The position numbers were made by a program, and so were the translations under genes. DNA of 64,000 nucleotides, taken from the NCBI GenBank assembly GCA_027491915.1, contig JAOZGC010000002.1:352001-416000 (forward strand), written 5' to 3'. Positions 44,797-55,048 of this stretch are shown in pieces. The notes beneath the pieces were generated by a model that was given only the letters and a program-made list of their open reading frames with translations, was not told where the DNA came from and ran no database searches. The stretch's first letter is position 1. The number at the start of each line of letters is the position of its first letter. The DNA comes from Thermoproteota archaeon (GTDB lineage Archaea > Korarchaeota > Korarchaeia > Korarchaeales > Korarchaeaceae).

Positions 44797-47390
44797 GCGC
44801 CGCCAGGGACGCGGCCGCCCCGGAGGCCAGCGAGATCCAGACTGCCCGATCCAGCTCCCCCGTCCGGCGGACCGCCTCGGCGCCGACGCCGCCGAGCGAC
44901 CTGCCCGGGGGCCTCAGTCTTCCCCCTCTCCTTCCCCCGGGTCCGGCCCCCGCCCCCCCGGCCCCCAGGGCCGCAGCCATGTATTGGTACCTCCAGGCCC
45001 CGGACCCGGGCGGGGCCTCCACCGCGCCGCCCGACTCCCCGGCGGGCCACGGGAACGCGCCGTCCCAAGAGTATGTTCCGCGGATCCTGGCGGCGTTGAC
45101 GGCCGCAGAGTGCGGATTGTAAACCAGGTAGTTCCCCGATCCGTCCACCTCGCTCTCCTCCACCAGCCACCAGGTCGAGACGTCGCCGTAGTCGAATCCC
45201 GGAGGGCCGCACCTCCCCTGAGGGTCGGCGGGCCCGGAGACGTAGTCCGGCACGTCGTCCCCGTCGTCCCCTCCCCTGTAGAGCCATACCGTGGCCCCCG
45301 GCATGGGCCTCCCCCTCCAGCTGACCACGGCGTATCCGAGCCAGAGCTTGACGGCCGAGCCCAGTCCGTTTCCGGTCACCGAGTTGGCCGAGCACAGGTC
45401 GCTGAGGTTGGCCCACGGGGAGTCCACCACCCTGATCCCGTACCCTCCGTTCCCGGACAGGTCCGACCCGGTTATCCCCAGCCCCGCCGGATCCGTCGGG
45501 GTCGGGAGAACGTCGTCGCTCCCGTCCGGGGCCGCCGAAGAGCCGAAGTGGGGCTCCACCCTCACCCCGTCGCCCTCGTTGTTCCTCACGGTGGCCCGGT
45601 CGATCACCCCGGACGAGCCGATCCAGTATATCCCGTCCAGCTGGTTCCACTCCACCTCGTCCATCGTGGAGTTGAACCGCGTCGCGTTGATCAGCACCAC
45701 GCCGTACCCCCTGTTCCCGTAGACCCGATTCCCCAGGAGGAGGGTGTCAGCTGGCCCCGGGGCCGCGGGTCCGGTGACCGGGAACCCGAGGTGGGTGGCC
45801 GGCGCCGGGACTGACAACACGGCTATCCCGCCGCCGTTCCCGTCGGCCCTGTCACCCGTCGGGTTCCCGGCGGAGTCGAACGCCCCCACCAAGTTGAAGG
45901 TTATGTTGTTCCCGTCTGTGCCGGTCCCGTTCACCACCACCCCGTCGTACCTGTGGTTCGCCACCACGTTGCGGCTCACCACGTTGCCCGCGGCGCCTCG
46001 GGTGATTATGATCCCCAGGCTGGCAACCGAGACCTCGTCGGAGTAGATTACATTGTCCACCACCGAGTTCCCGCCCGTGCCGGCCCCGGACAGCTCGACG
46101 TCCTGATAGGAATTGTAGGCGATCGTGCTCCGTCGGACGATGTTCGAGCTCGCCCCCCCCTGAGATGGTCACGCCGCCCAGCAGGTTCCCGCCGGGGTTC
46201 CCCGCCGAGCTCACCCCAACCAGGCAGTACGCTATCTCGTTGTTGGACGTGTCCGCCCCCGACAGCAGGATCCCCTCGGCCCCGTTGCCCACCACCTCGT
46301 TTCCGGCGTGGATCGTGTCGCCCGAATCTCTCCCTATGAAGTTTCCGGAAGGCCCGCGCCCGCTCGTGGAGTTGGTGATCAGGGCTATCCCCACCGACGG
46401 GGTAACCAGGTTCCCGGCCCCGTCGATCCCGTTGAGGGAGACGTTGTTGCCGTAGACCTCGATCCCCTCCACCCTCCCCCGGAGCACCACGCCGGCGGAG
46501 GCCCAGAGGAGCCCGTTGTGCTTTATCTCGTTCCACGTTACCGACGATTCGTTCAGCACGCCGGAGCCGTTCTCGTCGAGGACCACCCCGTCCAGGCCGT
46601 TGCCGGATATGTTGTTGCCCTCCCCCGGGGCCCCTATTCTCACCCCAGATATGTTCGCCCCCCTGACGAGTACCCCCGCCCCGCGGTTGTCGGCCACCCG
46701 GCTCGACCTGACCTCCACCCCGTCGTCCACCGGGAGGCCACCGCCCCCGTTCCGCTGCAGGATCCCGGCGATGGCGCATCCCTCGACGACGCTGCGGACG
46801 ACGGTCACGTTGTTCGCGGCCGAGAGGATCCCGACGTCCGCCGATCTGATCTCCGAGTCCGCGACGGTCAGGTTCCCGAAGTTCGGGGCCCCCCAGGCCC
46901 ACATCTCGGCTGACACGCCGTAGTGAGAGTCGGTCACTGTGACGTTGGCCACCAGGACCGCGTCCCTGGCCAGGGTGACCTCGATCCCGGCGTAGGCGAA
47001 GTTGGACAGGGTCAGGTTCCTGATCTCCGTCCTCCCCCACCAGACCGTCACCACCAGTCCTGAGGGGACGGAGCCGCCGCCGTCCAGGACTATGGGCCCG
47101 CCCGCGGTCCTGCCGTCTATCGTCACGGGCTCGACTATCTGGGGCAGCTGGGAGGAGAGGTGGATGGTCCCGGACAGGGATCCGTCGAAGGTTATCGCGT
47201 CCTGACCGGGATTTCCGTTGGCCGCGTTTATGGCCTCCCTCAGGGTGCAGTCTCCGGCGGGGGGCGAATCGCAGCTCCCGTCGTCCGTGTCGGCCAGGCT
47301 GTTCACCGTGTAGGTGGCCGCGTGGGCGACCCTCAGCGGGATCGCGGAGACCGCCAGGGCGGCGGCCGCCAGGGCGACGAGCCGCCTCAC
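44696..47390 (-). pseudogene. CSLREA-domain right-handed beta-helix surface protein, frameshifted at a G8 tract (46153-46160)
   Basis: N-terminal part: signal peptide and TYTVNSLADTDDGSC...CTLREAINAAN plus beta-helix repeats. Removing one G joins it in frame (TISGG-ASSNIVRRSTIAYN...NSVVDNVIY) to ORF 44696..46063, which ends in a TM and a basic tail. Confidence 0.8.
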
Positions 47391-47491
47391 CCGGATCACC
47401 GTCCCCCGGGGAGGCGACGACAATATAACCAATCTAGGCCGCCGCGTCCCGGAGGCGCCGCGTTTATAACTCCCCCGCCCGGGCCGGGCCG

Positions 47492-48208
47492 ATGCTCCAG
47501 ATCTCAGCCTCCGCGTTGGAGCTGGCCCTGATGACCGTGGACCTGGTCCTCCTGATAGCCACGATAGTCCTGTTGACCCTGAGCTTCAGGGAGCTGAGGG
47601 GGAGGCACGAGCTGCTCAGGCTCCTGAGTCTCTCCGTCAGCGTGCTGAGCAGGAGGGAGTACTTCTCCGCCGTGCTCGACGCGATGAGGGGGGCCAGGGA
47701 GGAGCTGGTCGGGGCGATAACCGGGGCGCCCCCGAGGACCGAGGACGAGGAGGAGGCGGTGTCGAAGATAGAGTCCCTCATCTCAAAGGCGGTCTCCTCG
47801 GGGGTGAGGGTCAGGTACGTCATACCCAGGGCCGTGACCCACATACACGTGGGCTACAGGTACACCAGGGCGGGGGCCGAGGTCAGGTACAGGAAGGGGA
47901 TCGTGGTCTACGATCTCAGGTACCTGGTGGCCGACGGCAGGAAGATAGTCATAGGGCTCCCGAAGCCCGAGGGGGAGGAGGAGCCCACCAGGAAGGGATA
48001 CGTGCTGGAGTCCATGACCCTGGCCAAGCTGCTCCTGGAGTCCTTCGAGTCCCACTGGCAGGCCCCCGACTCCGTCGGGTACGACGAGTACGCGGCCCAG
48101 GTGATATCCGAGATGAGGAAGGTCAACCCGGGCATAGCCGACGAGACCATAGCCGGCCAGCTCAGGATACCCGTTGAAGAGGTCAGGAGACTGTCCTCCC
48201 AGGGCTGA
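47492..48208 (+). CDS. Membrane-anchored hypothetical protein with TrmB/PLD-like effector domain and C-terminal HTH-like segment
   Basis: N-terminal TM; GVRVRYV...DLRYLVADG..IVIG; DETIAGQLRIPVEEVRRL. Confidence 0.55.
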   Translation: MLQISASALELALMTVDLVLLIATIVLLTLSFRELRGRHELLRLLSLSVSVLSRREYFSAVLDAMRGAREELVGAITGAPPRTEDEEEAVSKIESLISKAVSSGVRVRYVIPRAVTHIHVGYRYTRAGAEVRYRKGIVVYDLRYLVADGRKIVIGLPKPEGEEEPTRKGYVLESMTLAKLLLESFESHWQAPDSVGYDEYAAQVISEMRKVNPGIADETIAGQLRIPVEEVRRLSSQG

Positions 48209-48379
48209 TCGCCGGGCCGAGGGGATTAAACCAGGCGGCGCGTCACGAAATGTCCCTGGAGAATCTGACTCCGCCCCACAGGTTCGGGGACGGGAGATCT
48301 CGGGAGACGATCGTTAAAAGGAGTCCGGGAGCGGAACCTGTTCAGAGGGAGTGGGGAGAGACCGGCCAGGTCGGCCCGG

Positions 48380-49423
48380 TCACACCCCACCCATGACGTA
48401 GGCCATGATGGCCTTCTGCACGTGGAGCCTGTTCTCCGCCTCGTCGAAGACCACGCTGTGGGGGCCGTCTATCACGTCGTCGGTGACCTCCATGCCCCTG
48501 TCAGCCGGCAGGCAGTGCAGGTATATCACGTCTCCCTTGGCCCTATCCAGCTTCTCCTGGGTGGTTATCCAGTCCTTGTGCTTGTTCATCAGGTCTATCA
48601 TCCCCCTCTCGTCCACCTCCGGCACCTTGGGCGGCATGAACTCCAGGGAGCCCCAGCTCTTCGGGTAGACCACGTCCGCCCCCTCGAAGGCCTCGTCCAT
48701 GTCGTACGAGATCTCAAAGCTCCCGCCGTACCTGTCCGCGTTATCCTTGGCCATCTCAATTATGTCCGGGTGGAGCTCGAGCCCCCGCGGGTGGGCCAGC
48801 GTCACGTCAGCCCCGAACCTGGTGAATATGAGGACGGCGCTCTGGGGGACGGCCACCGGCTTAACGCCCGCGCTGTAGGCCCAGCTGACCACCACCTTCT
48901 TCCCCTCGAGCCTGCCCTTGTACTCCATGACCGTCATGAGGTCGGCCATCGCCTGGTTCGGGTGATACACGTCGTCCTCCATGTTTATCACGGGTATGGA
49001 CGCCCAGTGGGCGAACTCCCTCACTATCCTGTCCCCCTTCCCGTAGATCCACTGGACCGGCTCCCCGTAGATCCTTATGGCTATGGCGTCCCCGTACCTG
49101 CTGAGGACTCGGGCCACGTCCGAGATCCTCTCGGTCTTGTAGGCTATCTCTTCCCCCTTGAGCGCCGGGGCGTAGACGGACTTCGGGGTCAGGTATATGC
49201 CCTGTCCCCCCAGCTGGAAGATCCCGGTCTGGAAGCTGTTCCTGGTCCTGAGGCTGCTGTTGTAGAAGAGCATGTATAGGGTCCTGCCCTCCAGCAGCCT
49301 GTGCGGAATTCTCTGCCTCTGCTTCGCCTTTAAATCGAAGGCCAGCTTCAGCACGGCCTCCAACTCTTCCCTACTCCACTCCTGGGTGGAGATGAAGTCC
49401 CTTCCCCTGAGATTCACCACCAA
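48380..49423 (-). CDS. Carbamoyltransferase of the knotted YgeW / N-acetylornithine subgroup
   Basis: SSLRTR, HPNQAMAD, SWAYS..VKP.AVPQS, ADVVYPKSW, HCLPAD. Confidence 0.85.
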   Translation of the reverse strand: MVVNLRGRDFISTQEWSREELEAVLKLAFDLKAKQRQRIPHRLLEGRTLYMLFYNSSLRTRNSFQTGIFQLGGQGIYLTPKSVYAPALKGEEIAYKTERISDVARVLSRYGDAIAIRIYGEPVQWIYGKGDRIVREFAHWASIPVINMEDDVYHPNQAMADLMTVMEYKGRLEGKKVVVSWAYSAGVKPVAVPQSAVLIFTRFGADVTLAHPRGLELHPDIIEMAKDNADRYGGSFEISYDMDEAFEGADVVYPKSWGSLEFMPPKVPEVDERGMIDLMNKHKDWITTQEKLDRAKGDVIYLHCLPADRGMEVTDDVIDGPHSVVFDEAENRLHVQKAIMAYVMGGV

Positions 49424-49746
49424 GGGTTGTCCCCCGGGGGCCCGGCCCCGGGCGGCGAAAACATAAACCTATCGGGCGCCGGCCTCACCCTGTGGGCGGA
49501 CGCCGGGCGGGACGCCTCTGAGCCATTCCAAGACCCCCAACCCGCCACCCGAGATAGGAATCGAGACGGGCCGCCCGGGTTGGGCGCGGGCATCTCGCCC
49601 CTCGGGTGTCCGATCCCGAATAATCCCGGGCGCTGGAGGTCGATCCTCGGGGAGCGGCTGGCCCCCGTCAACTTTTAACTCGGATTTCGCTCCAAATTGG
49701 TGGCACCTCGCCCTTGTTGGCCGACATATTTTTGGCCAATTTTTAA

Positions 49747-51102
49747 ATGGAGTCGATTAGGTTGACCGGGATGGGTCGGAGAGCCGTCCGGACCGGCCTG
49801 AGGTTGGCCTCGGTCGCTTGGATCTCGATCTCCATGGCGGCGACGGCGGCCGCCGTCGCCGGGGTCGGAATCGACTCGGTGGCCAGGGTCCTGACGTCCG
49901 AGTGGTACCTCGGCGTGGCCTTCTGGTTCCTCGTCCCCCTGGGGTGGCTCTCCCTCATATCCCTCCGGAGGCTAAGGCCGGGAAGGCCGGCGCTGCTGGG
50001 CGTGGACGTTCCCTGGCTCGGGGCCGCCCTGGCCCTCATGACCCTCTCGGTGCTCGCCGAGGCGGCCGCCGAGGCCGGGCCCGTGGATCCGGCGGTCTAC
50101 GTCGCGTCCACAACCGTCCCGGAGTCGCTGGGGATAGTCTCCTTCTTCACCTTCGTGGTCGACCTCTTCGAGACCTCTGGGCTGGCCCCCCGCCCCGGGA
50201 GGAGGGTCTCGCCGTTGATCCACGGAGTCGCGGCGGCGGCGATGGCCGCCCCGGCCCTGCTGGCCCTGATCTTCGCGGTCCGGTCCGGGAGGATCTCCCC
50301 CTGGGACGGAGTCGCCTTCGGCTTAGCGGCGGCCTGGCTGACCCACCTCCTGGCCAGGGCGGTCTCCGTACCGAGCGAGGCTCAGGAGGCGGCCGGTTCA
50401 GCGTGGGTGCTGGCTCTGGCGGCCCTGGCGCTCCAGCTCTCCAACCTGTGCTCTTGGTTCATCTCAGAGGCGGCCTCTCCCTCCCCCGTCTCGGGCCCGA
50501 TGGGGGTTCTCAGCGACGCAATGGACCTGATCAGCTGGACCCTGATCCCGCTGTCAGTCCTTTCCCTGGTTGGGTTCAGGGTGGAGTCCGCCGCGGCCGG
50601 GGTGGTCGAGCTGGTCGAGGTGCCCACCACGGGCCCGGTGCCGGGCGGCGTGTGGGAGAGGGCCCTCGCCCTCTCCCGGGGAGGGAGGGTGATAGTGGTG
50701 GGGAGGAGGTGGGTCCCCTGGATAGGGGCCCTGCCCCCCGGGAGGGGGGCTGCCATATACCTGACGGCCACGGTCGACTCGCCCAGGGAGCTCTCGCCCC
50801 GGGAGTTCGAGTGCCCCCCGGATCCGGAGACCCTGGCCGGCCTGGTGTCGACTCTGTCCGGGGGGTCGAGGTCGGCGGTCGTGGTGGACGACCTTTCCGA
50901 CCTGATACTCCTCTGCGGCCTGGACAAGGTTACGTCCTGCGCCCCGACCATGAGGGGACTGGCCGAGGGCGGGATATCCTTTCTGCTGCTCCTGAGGAGG
51001 GGGTCGGTGGGTCCCGGGGATCTCGCCTCCCTGAGGGAGGCGTTCGGGGGGAGGGAGTCCAAGGAGATCGCGGAGATCCGGGCGGTGGGCGATTCAAACT
51101 GA
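49747..51102 (+). CDS. Multi-pass membrane protein with C-terminal DUF835-like domain
   Basis: About 8 TM helices, then AIYLT...VVVDDLSDLILLCG...SLREAF. Confidence 0.55.
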   Translation: MESIRLTGMGRRAVRTGLRLASVAWISISMAATAAAVAGVGIDSVARVLTSEWYLGVAFWFLVPLGWLSLISLRRLRPGRPALLGVDVPWLGAALALMTLSVLAEAAAEAGPVDPAVYVASTTVPESLGIVSFFTFVVDLFETSGLAPRPGRRVSPLIHGVAAAAMAAPALLALIFAVRSGRISPWDGVAFGLAAAWLTHLLARAVSVPSEAQEAAGSAWVLALAALALQLSNLCSWFISEAASPSPVSGPMGVLSDAMDLISWTLIPLSVLSLVGFRVESAAAGVVELVEVPTTGPVPGGVWERALALSRGGRVIVVGRRWVPWIGALPPGRGAAIYLTATVDSPRELSPREFECPPDPETLAGLVSTLSGGSRSAVVVDDLSDLILLCGLDKVTSCAPTMRGLAEGGISFLLLLRRGSVGPGDLASLREAFGGRESKEIAEIRAVGDSN

Positions 51103-51330
51103 GTCTAGCGAGCCGGTCGGCGGATCCCCGGCCGATCTGCCCCCGAGATCGGGTCGGCGGATCGGAGCCCCGGCCCAGTCCCGGGAGGCCGGGCCCCAGG
51201 AGGTCAGATTAATATGTTGTCCTCCCCGGGCTCACGAGTCTCGGCGGCGACCGCCGGATCAGGAGGGGTAAGCTTGTCGGTTGGACGGGAGGAATCCGCG
51301 TCGGTCGGCGGCCATCCCGGCGAGGCGGGG

Positions 51331-52860
51331 TTGGCCGGGCCCCCGCTGGTCAGGATGGAGGGGATAGTGAAGAGGTTCCCTGGGGTCCTGGCCAACGACC
51401 ACGTCGACTTCGAGCTGGTGCCCGGGGAGGTGCACGCCCTGCTGGGGGAGAACGGGGCGGGCAAGACCACCCTCATGAACATCCTGTTCGGCATATACAC
51501 CCCGGACGAGGGCAGGATATACGTCAGGGGGGAGGAGGTATGGATAGGCTCCCCGAGGGACGCCATAAGGCTGGGGATAGGGATGGTCCATCAGCACTTC
51601 CTTCTGGTCGACAGGCACACCGTGGCTGAGAACGTAGCCCTCGGGTTCGCCGAGAGCCAGCTCTCCCCCCTGAGGGAGGTCAGGCGGAGGATATCTGAGT
51701 TCTCCGAGAGGTACGGCCTGAAGGTGGACCCGGACGCCTACGTGTGGCAGCTCTCCGCCGGGGAGCAGCAGAGGGTGGAGATAATCAAGGCCCTCTACGC
51801 CGGGGCGGACATCCTGATACTGGACGAGCCCACGTCCGTCCTCACCCCCCAGGAGACCAGGGAGCTCTTCGAGGTGCTGCGCAGGATGAGGGACGAGGGG
51901 AAGGGCGTGATCTTCATAACCCACAAGCTGGAGGAGGTCATGGCCGTGGCGGACAGGGTCACCGTCCTGCGCAGGGGGAAGGTGATCGGGACAGTCCCGG
52001 CCTCCGAGACGGACGAGAGGAGCCTGGCCAGGATGATGGTCGGCAGGGAGGTACTCTTCAGGCTGGAGAAGGGTGAGGTCCAGGTGGGTCCCCCGGCCCT
52101 CGAGGTCAGGGACCTCTGGGTGGTTGGGGACAGGGGGCTGGACGCCGTCAGGGGGGTCACCATGACGGTGAGGAGGGGGGAGATATACGGGATAGCCGGG
52201 GTCGCGGGGAACGGCCAGAGGGAGCTGATAGAGGCCATAGCCGGGCTGAGGAAGGTTAAGTCTGGCTCCATCCACATATCCGGGGTGGACGTGACCAACA
52301 AGAGCCCGAAGGTCATCCACGGGATGGGGGTGGCCCACGTGCCCGAGGAGAGGCTCAGGCACGGCATAGTCCCGAACCTGAGCGTGGCCGAGAACCTGGT
52401 CCTGAAGGACTACGACAGGGAGCCCTTCTCGAGGGGGGTCCTCCTGAACTACGAGGCCATAGAGAGGAACGCGGAGGACCTGGTGGAGAGGTTCGAGATA
52501 GTGACCCCGAGCATCAGGACCCCCGCGAAGCTCCTCTCGGGGGGGAACATACAGAGGCTGATATGCGCCAGGGAGTTCTCCAGGGAACCCAAGGTGATCC
52601 TGGCCGCCCACCCGACTTACGGCCTGGACGTCGGGGCCACCGAGTCCATCAGGAGGCTCCTGCTGGAGGAGAGGTCCAGGGGGGCCGCCGTCCTCCTGGT
52701 CTCCGAGGATCTGGAGGAGGTGCTGAACCTGAGCGACAGGGTCGGCGTTATGTACGGGGGGGAGATCGTCGGTGAGTTCAGGCCAGGGGAGGTCGACATG
52801 GAGGAGGTGGGCCTAATGATGGCCGGGGTCAGGAGGGGCGGATCCCAGGCGGCGGGGTGA
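51331..52860 (+). CDS. Nucleoside/sugar ABC transporter ATP-binding protein (tandem ABC domains)
   Basis: GENGAGKT, MVHQHF, LILDEPT, LSGGNIQ; start uncertain (51214, 51331 or 51355). Confidence 0.93.
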   Translation: MAGPPLVRMEGIVKRFPGVLANDHVDFELVPGEVHALLGENGAGKTTLMNILFGIYTPDEGRIYVRGEEVWIGSPRDAIRLGIGMVHQHFLLVDRHTVAENVALGFAESQLSPLREVRRRISEFSERYGLKVDPDAYVWQLSAGEQQRVEIIKALYAGADILILDEPTSVLTPQETRELFEVLRRMRDEGKGVIFITHKLEEVMAVADRVTVLRRGKVIGTVPASETDERSLARMMVGREVLFRLEKGEVQVGPPALEVRDLWVVGDRGLDAVRGVTMTVRRGEIYGIAGVAGNGQRELIEAIAGLRKVKSGSIHISGVDVTNKSPKVIHGMGVAHVPEERLRHGIVPNLSVAENLVLKDYDREPFSRGVLLNYEAIERNAEDLVERFEIVTPSIRTPAKLLSGGNIQRLICAREFSREPKVILAAHPTYGLDVGATESIRRLLLEERSRGAAVLLVSEDLEEVLNLSDRVGVMYGGEIVGEFRPGEVDMEEVGLMMAGVRRGGSQAAG

Positions 52861-52864
52861 CCTC

Positions 52865-53941
52865 ATGAGGCTGGTGGTGGAGAAGAGGACCGTCGCGTCC
52901 AGGAGGTTCTCGGTCGCCGTCAGGGTTGCTTCGGTGGCCGCGGCCCTGCTCACCATGGCCGCCGTCTTCGCCGGGTACGGCCTGGACCCGGTAAGGGTGT
53001 ACGGCGGCATATTCTCCAAGGCCTTCGGAACGCCGGTGGGACTCGCCGAGACCGTGGTCAGGATGATCCCCCTCCTGCTGATAAGCTCCGGGCTCGCCCT
53101 GGTGTTCAAGGCCCAGTTCTGGAATATAGGGGCGGAGGGCCAGTTCCTGGCCGGGGCCATGGCCGCCTTCGTGGTGGCCACCTCCCTCCCGGACCTGCCC
53201 CCCCACCTGCTGATCCCCCTCATGTTCGCCGTCGGGTTCCTGGCCGGGGCCGCCTGGGGGGTGCCGACCGCCTTCATGAGGGCGAAGCTGAACGTCAACG
53301 AGGTGATAACCACCCTGATGTTCACCTACATACTCGACTGGATCTTCCAGTGGACCCTCTCCGGCCCGTGGAAGGCCAGGGAGACCGTCGGCCAGCTGAC
53401 CTACTCGGGTTTCAGGCACTCCGTCGTCATAACCGAGAACGCCTGGCTCCCCCTGATAGAGGGGACCAGGGTCCACTGGCCCACCCTCGCCCTGGCCGTG
53501 GCGGCCGCGATCGCGGCCTACCTCGTCGTCTCCAGGACCACCTTCGGGTACGAGCTCAGGGTCGTCGGGGACAACCCGGAGGCGGCCCGGGCGGCCGGAA
53601 TAAGCTACTCCAAGGTGGTCTCGGTGGGCATGATCATAAGCGGCGGGCTGGCGGGCATGGCGGGGGTCGGGGAACTGGCGGGGATCCAGCACAGGTTCAC
53701 GGCCGAGTTCCTGACGGGCTACGGGTACGATGCGATAATAACGGCTTGGCTCGGTGGGATGAACCCCGTCGGGCTCCTGGTGGCCAACTTCCTCTTGGGG
53801 GGCCTGGTGGTCGGGGGGGACTACCTCCAGATCAAGTTCAGGCTCCCGGGGGGGATGATCGACATGTTCAACGGCACGATCCTGTTCTTCGTGCTGGCCT
53901 TCGAGTTCCTCCTCAGGTACAGGATCAGGATAAGGAGGTGA
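52865..53941 (+). CDS. Nucleoside ABC transporter permease
   Basis: WNIGAEGQ, NEVITTLM, GYGYDAI..AWLG. Confidence 0.92.
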   Translation: MRLVVEKRTVASRRFSVAVRVASVAAALLTMAAVFAGYGLDPVRVYGGIFSKAFGTPVGLAETVVRMIPLLLISSGLALVFKAQFWNIGAEGQFLAGAMAAFVVATSLPDLPPHLLIPLMFAVGFLAGAAWGVPTAFMRAKLNVNEVITTLMFTYILDWIFQWTLSGPWKARETVGQLTYSGFRHSVVITENAWLPLIEGTRVHWPTLALAVAAAIAAYLVVSRTTFGYELRVVGDNPEAARAAGISYSKVVSVGMIISGGLAGMAGVGELAGIQHRFTAEFLTGYGYDAIITAWLGGMNPVGLLVANFLLGGLVVGGDYLQIKFRLPGGMIDMFNGTILFFVLAFEFLLRYRIRIRR

Positions 53942-53949
53942 CCCCGTAG

Positions 53950-54885
53950 ATGCAGGCGGAGCTGATATCCAGCGTCCTCTGGATCGGGTTGAGGTCCGGC
54001 ACCCCCCTCCTGCTGGCCACCGTGGGGGAGATATACGCCGAGAGGTCCGGGATCCTCAACCTCGGGATAGAGGGGATGATGATAATAGGGGCCTTCACCG
54101 CCTTCGCGGTGGGCCAGGCGACCTCCAGCCCTTGGCTGGCCATGGCGGCCGCCGCCGCGGCCGGGCTGGCCGCCTCCCTAATACACGCCTTCATCAGCAT
54201 CCACCTCAGGGGGAACCAGGTGGTCTCGGGGCTGGCCCTGACCATGTTCGGCCTCGGGCTCACCAGCGTGGCCGGCGGGACCTTCGTCGGCGCGGCCCTC
54301 CCCAGGGAGGCCAGGATAATCCCATCCCCCCTGAGCGAGGAGCTGGCCGCCATCCCCGTGATCGGGAAGGCCCTGTTCGACCAGGATCCCTTTCTGTATC
54401 TCAGCATCCTGATATCGGTCCTGCTGTGGTTCGTCCTCTACAAGACGAAGTTGGGCATAGTGATCAGGTCCGTGGGTGAGAATCCGGCCGCCGCCGACGC
54501 CCTCGGGGTCAACGTATACGCGGTCAGGTACGCGTGCACGGCGCTGGGGGGGGCCCTGGCCGGCATGGCCGGATCATACATCACCCTCTCCCTGAGGCCC
54601 GGGTGGGTAGAGAACATCACGGCCGGCAGGGGTTGGATAGCGGTGGCCCTGACGATCTTCGCCCTCTGGGACCCCCTCAAGGCCATAGCCGGGTCCTACC
54701 TATTCGGGATAGTGGAGGCCGGGACCTACAACCTCCAACCCCTGGGTTTCAGTCAGTGGCTCCTCAACGCCATACCTTACGTCCTCACGGTCGTCATACT
54801 AGTTGCGGGCGCCACCGAAACCATGAGAAAGAAGATGGGAGCTCCAGCGGCCCTCGGCGTCCCTTACGTTAGGGGAGAGAAGTGA
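53950..54885 (+). CDS. Nucleoside ABC transporter permease
   Basis: ERSGILNLGIEG, GENPAAADALG, GRGWIAVAL. Confidence 0.92.
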   Translation: MQAELISSVLWIGLRSGTPLLLATVGEIYAERSGILNLGIEGMMIIGAFTAFAVGQATSSPWLAMAAAAAAGLAASLIHAFISIHLRGNQVVSGLALTMFGLGLTSVAGGTFVGAALPREARIIPSPLSEELAAIPVIGKALFDQDPFLYLSILISVLLWFVLYKTKLGIVIRSVGENPAAADALGVNVYAVRYACTALGGALAGMAGSYITLSLRPGWVENITAGRGWIAVALTIFALWDPLKAIAGSYLFGIVEAGTYNLQPLGFSQWLLNAIPYVLTVVILVAGATETMRKKMGAPAALGVPYVRGEK

Positions 54886-55048
54886 TGGACGAGACGGGAC
54901 CGCTCCTCAAAGATCCTCAAGTATAGTTCACGCATTTGACTCAGACGATCTCCGCCCCGCGACCTGACGCCGAGCCCTGAGTGTCACCTTGAGAAACGTT
55001 TATTGGTATTCCCCTCCCGGGAGAATACCCCATCGAGGGTGAGACAGA

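Noticed and set aside
48209-48379. Intergenic inverted repeats (acaggttc/gaacctgt) between convergent genes
   Set aside because: Only 8-bp arms and no recognisable sRNA or MITE hallmarks
51103-51200. Direct repeat ggtcggcggatc x2 with alternative hairpins upstream of the ABC operon (riboswitch-like)
   Set aside because: Lies upstream of the probable TATA (attaata at about 51208) and lacks purine-riboswitch consensus
54886-55048. CTGA motifs suggesting a C/D box sRNA
   Set aside because: No proper RUGAUGA C box at suitable spacing
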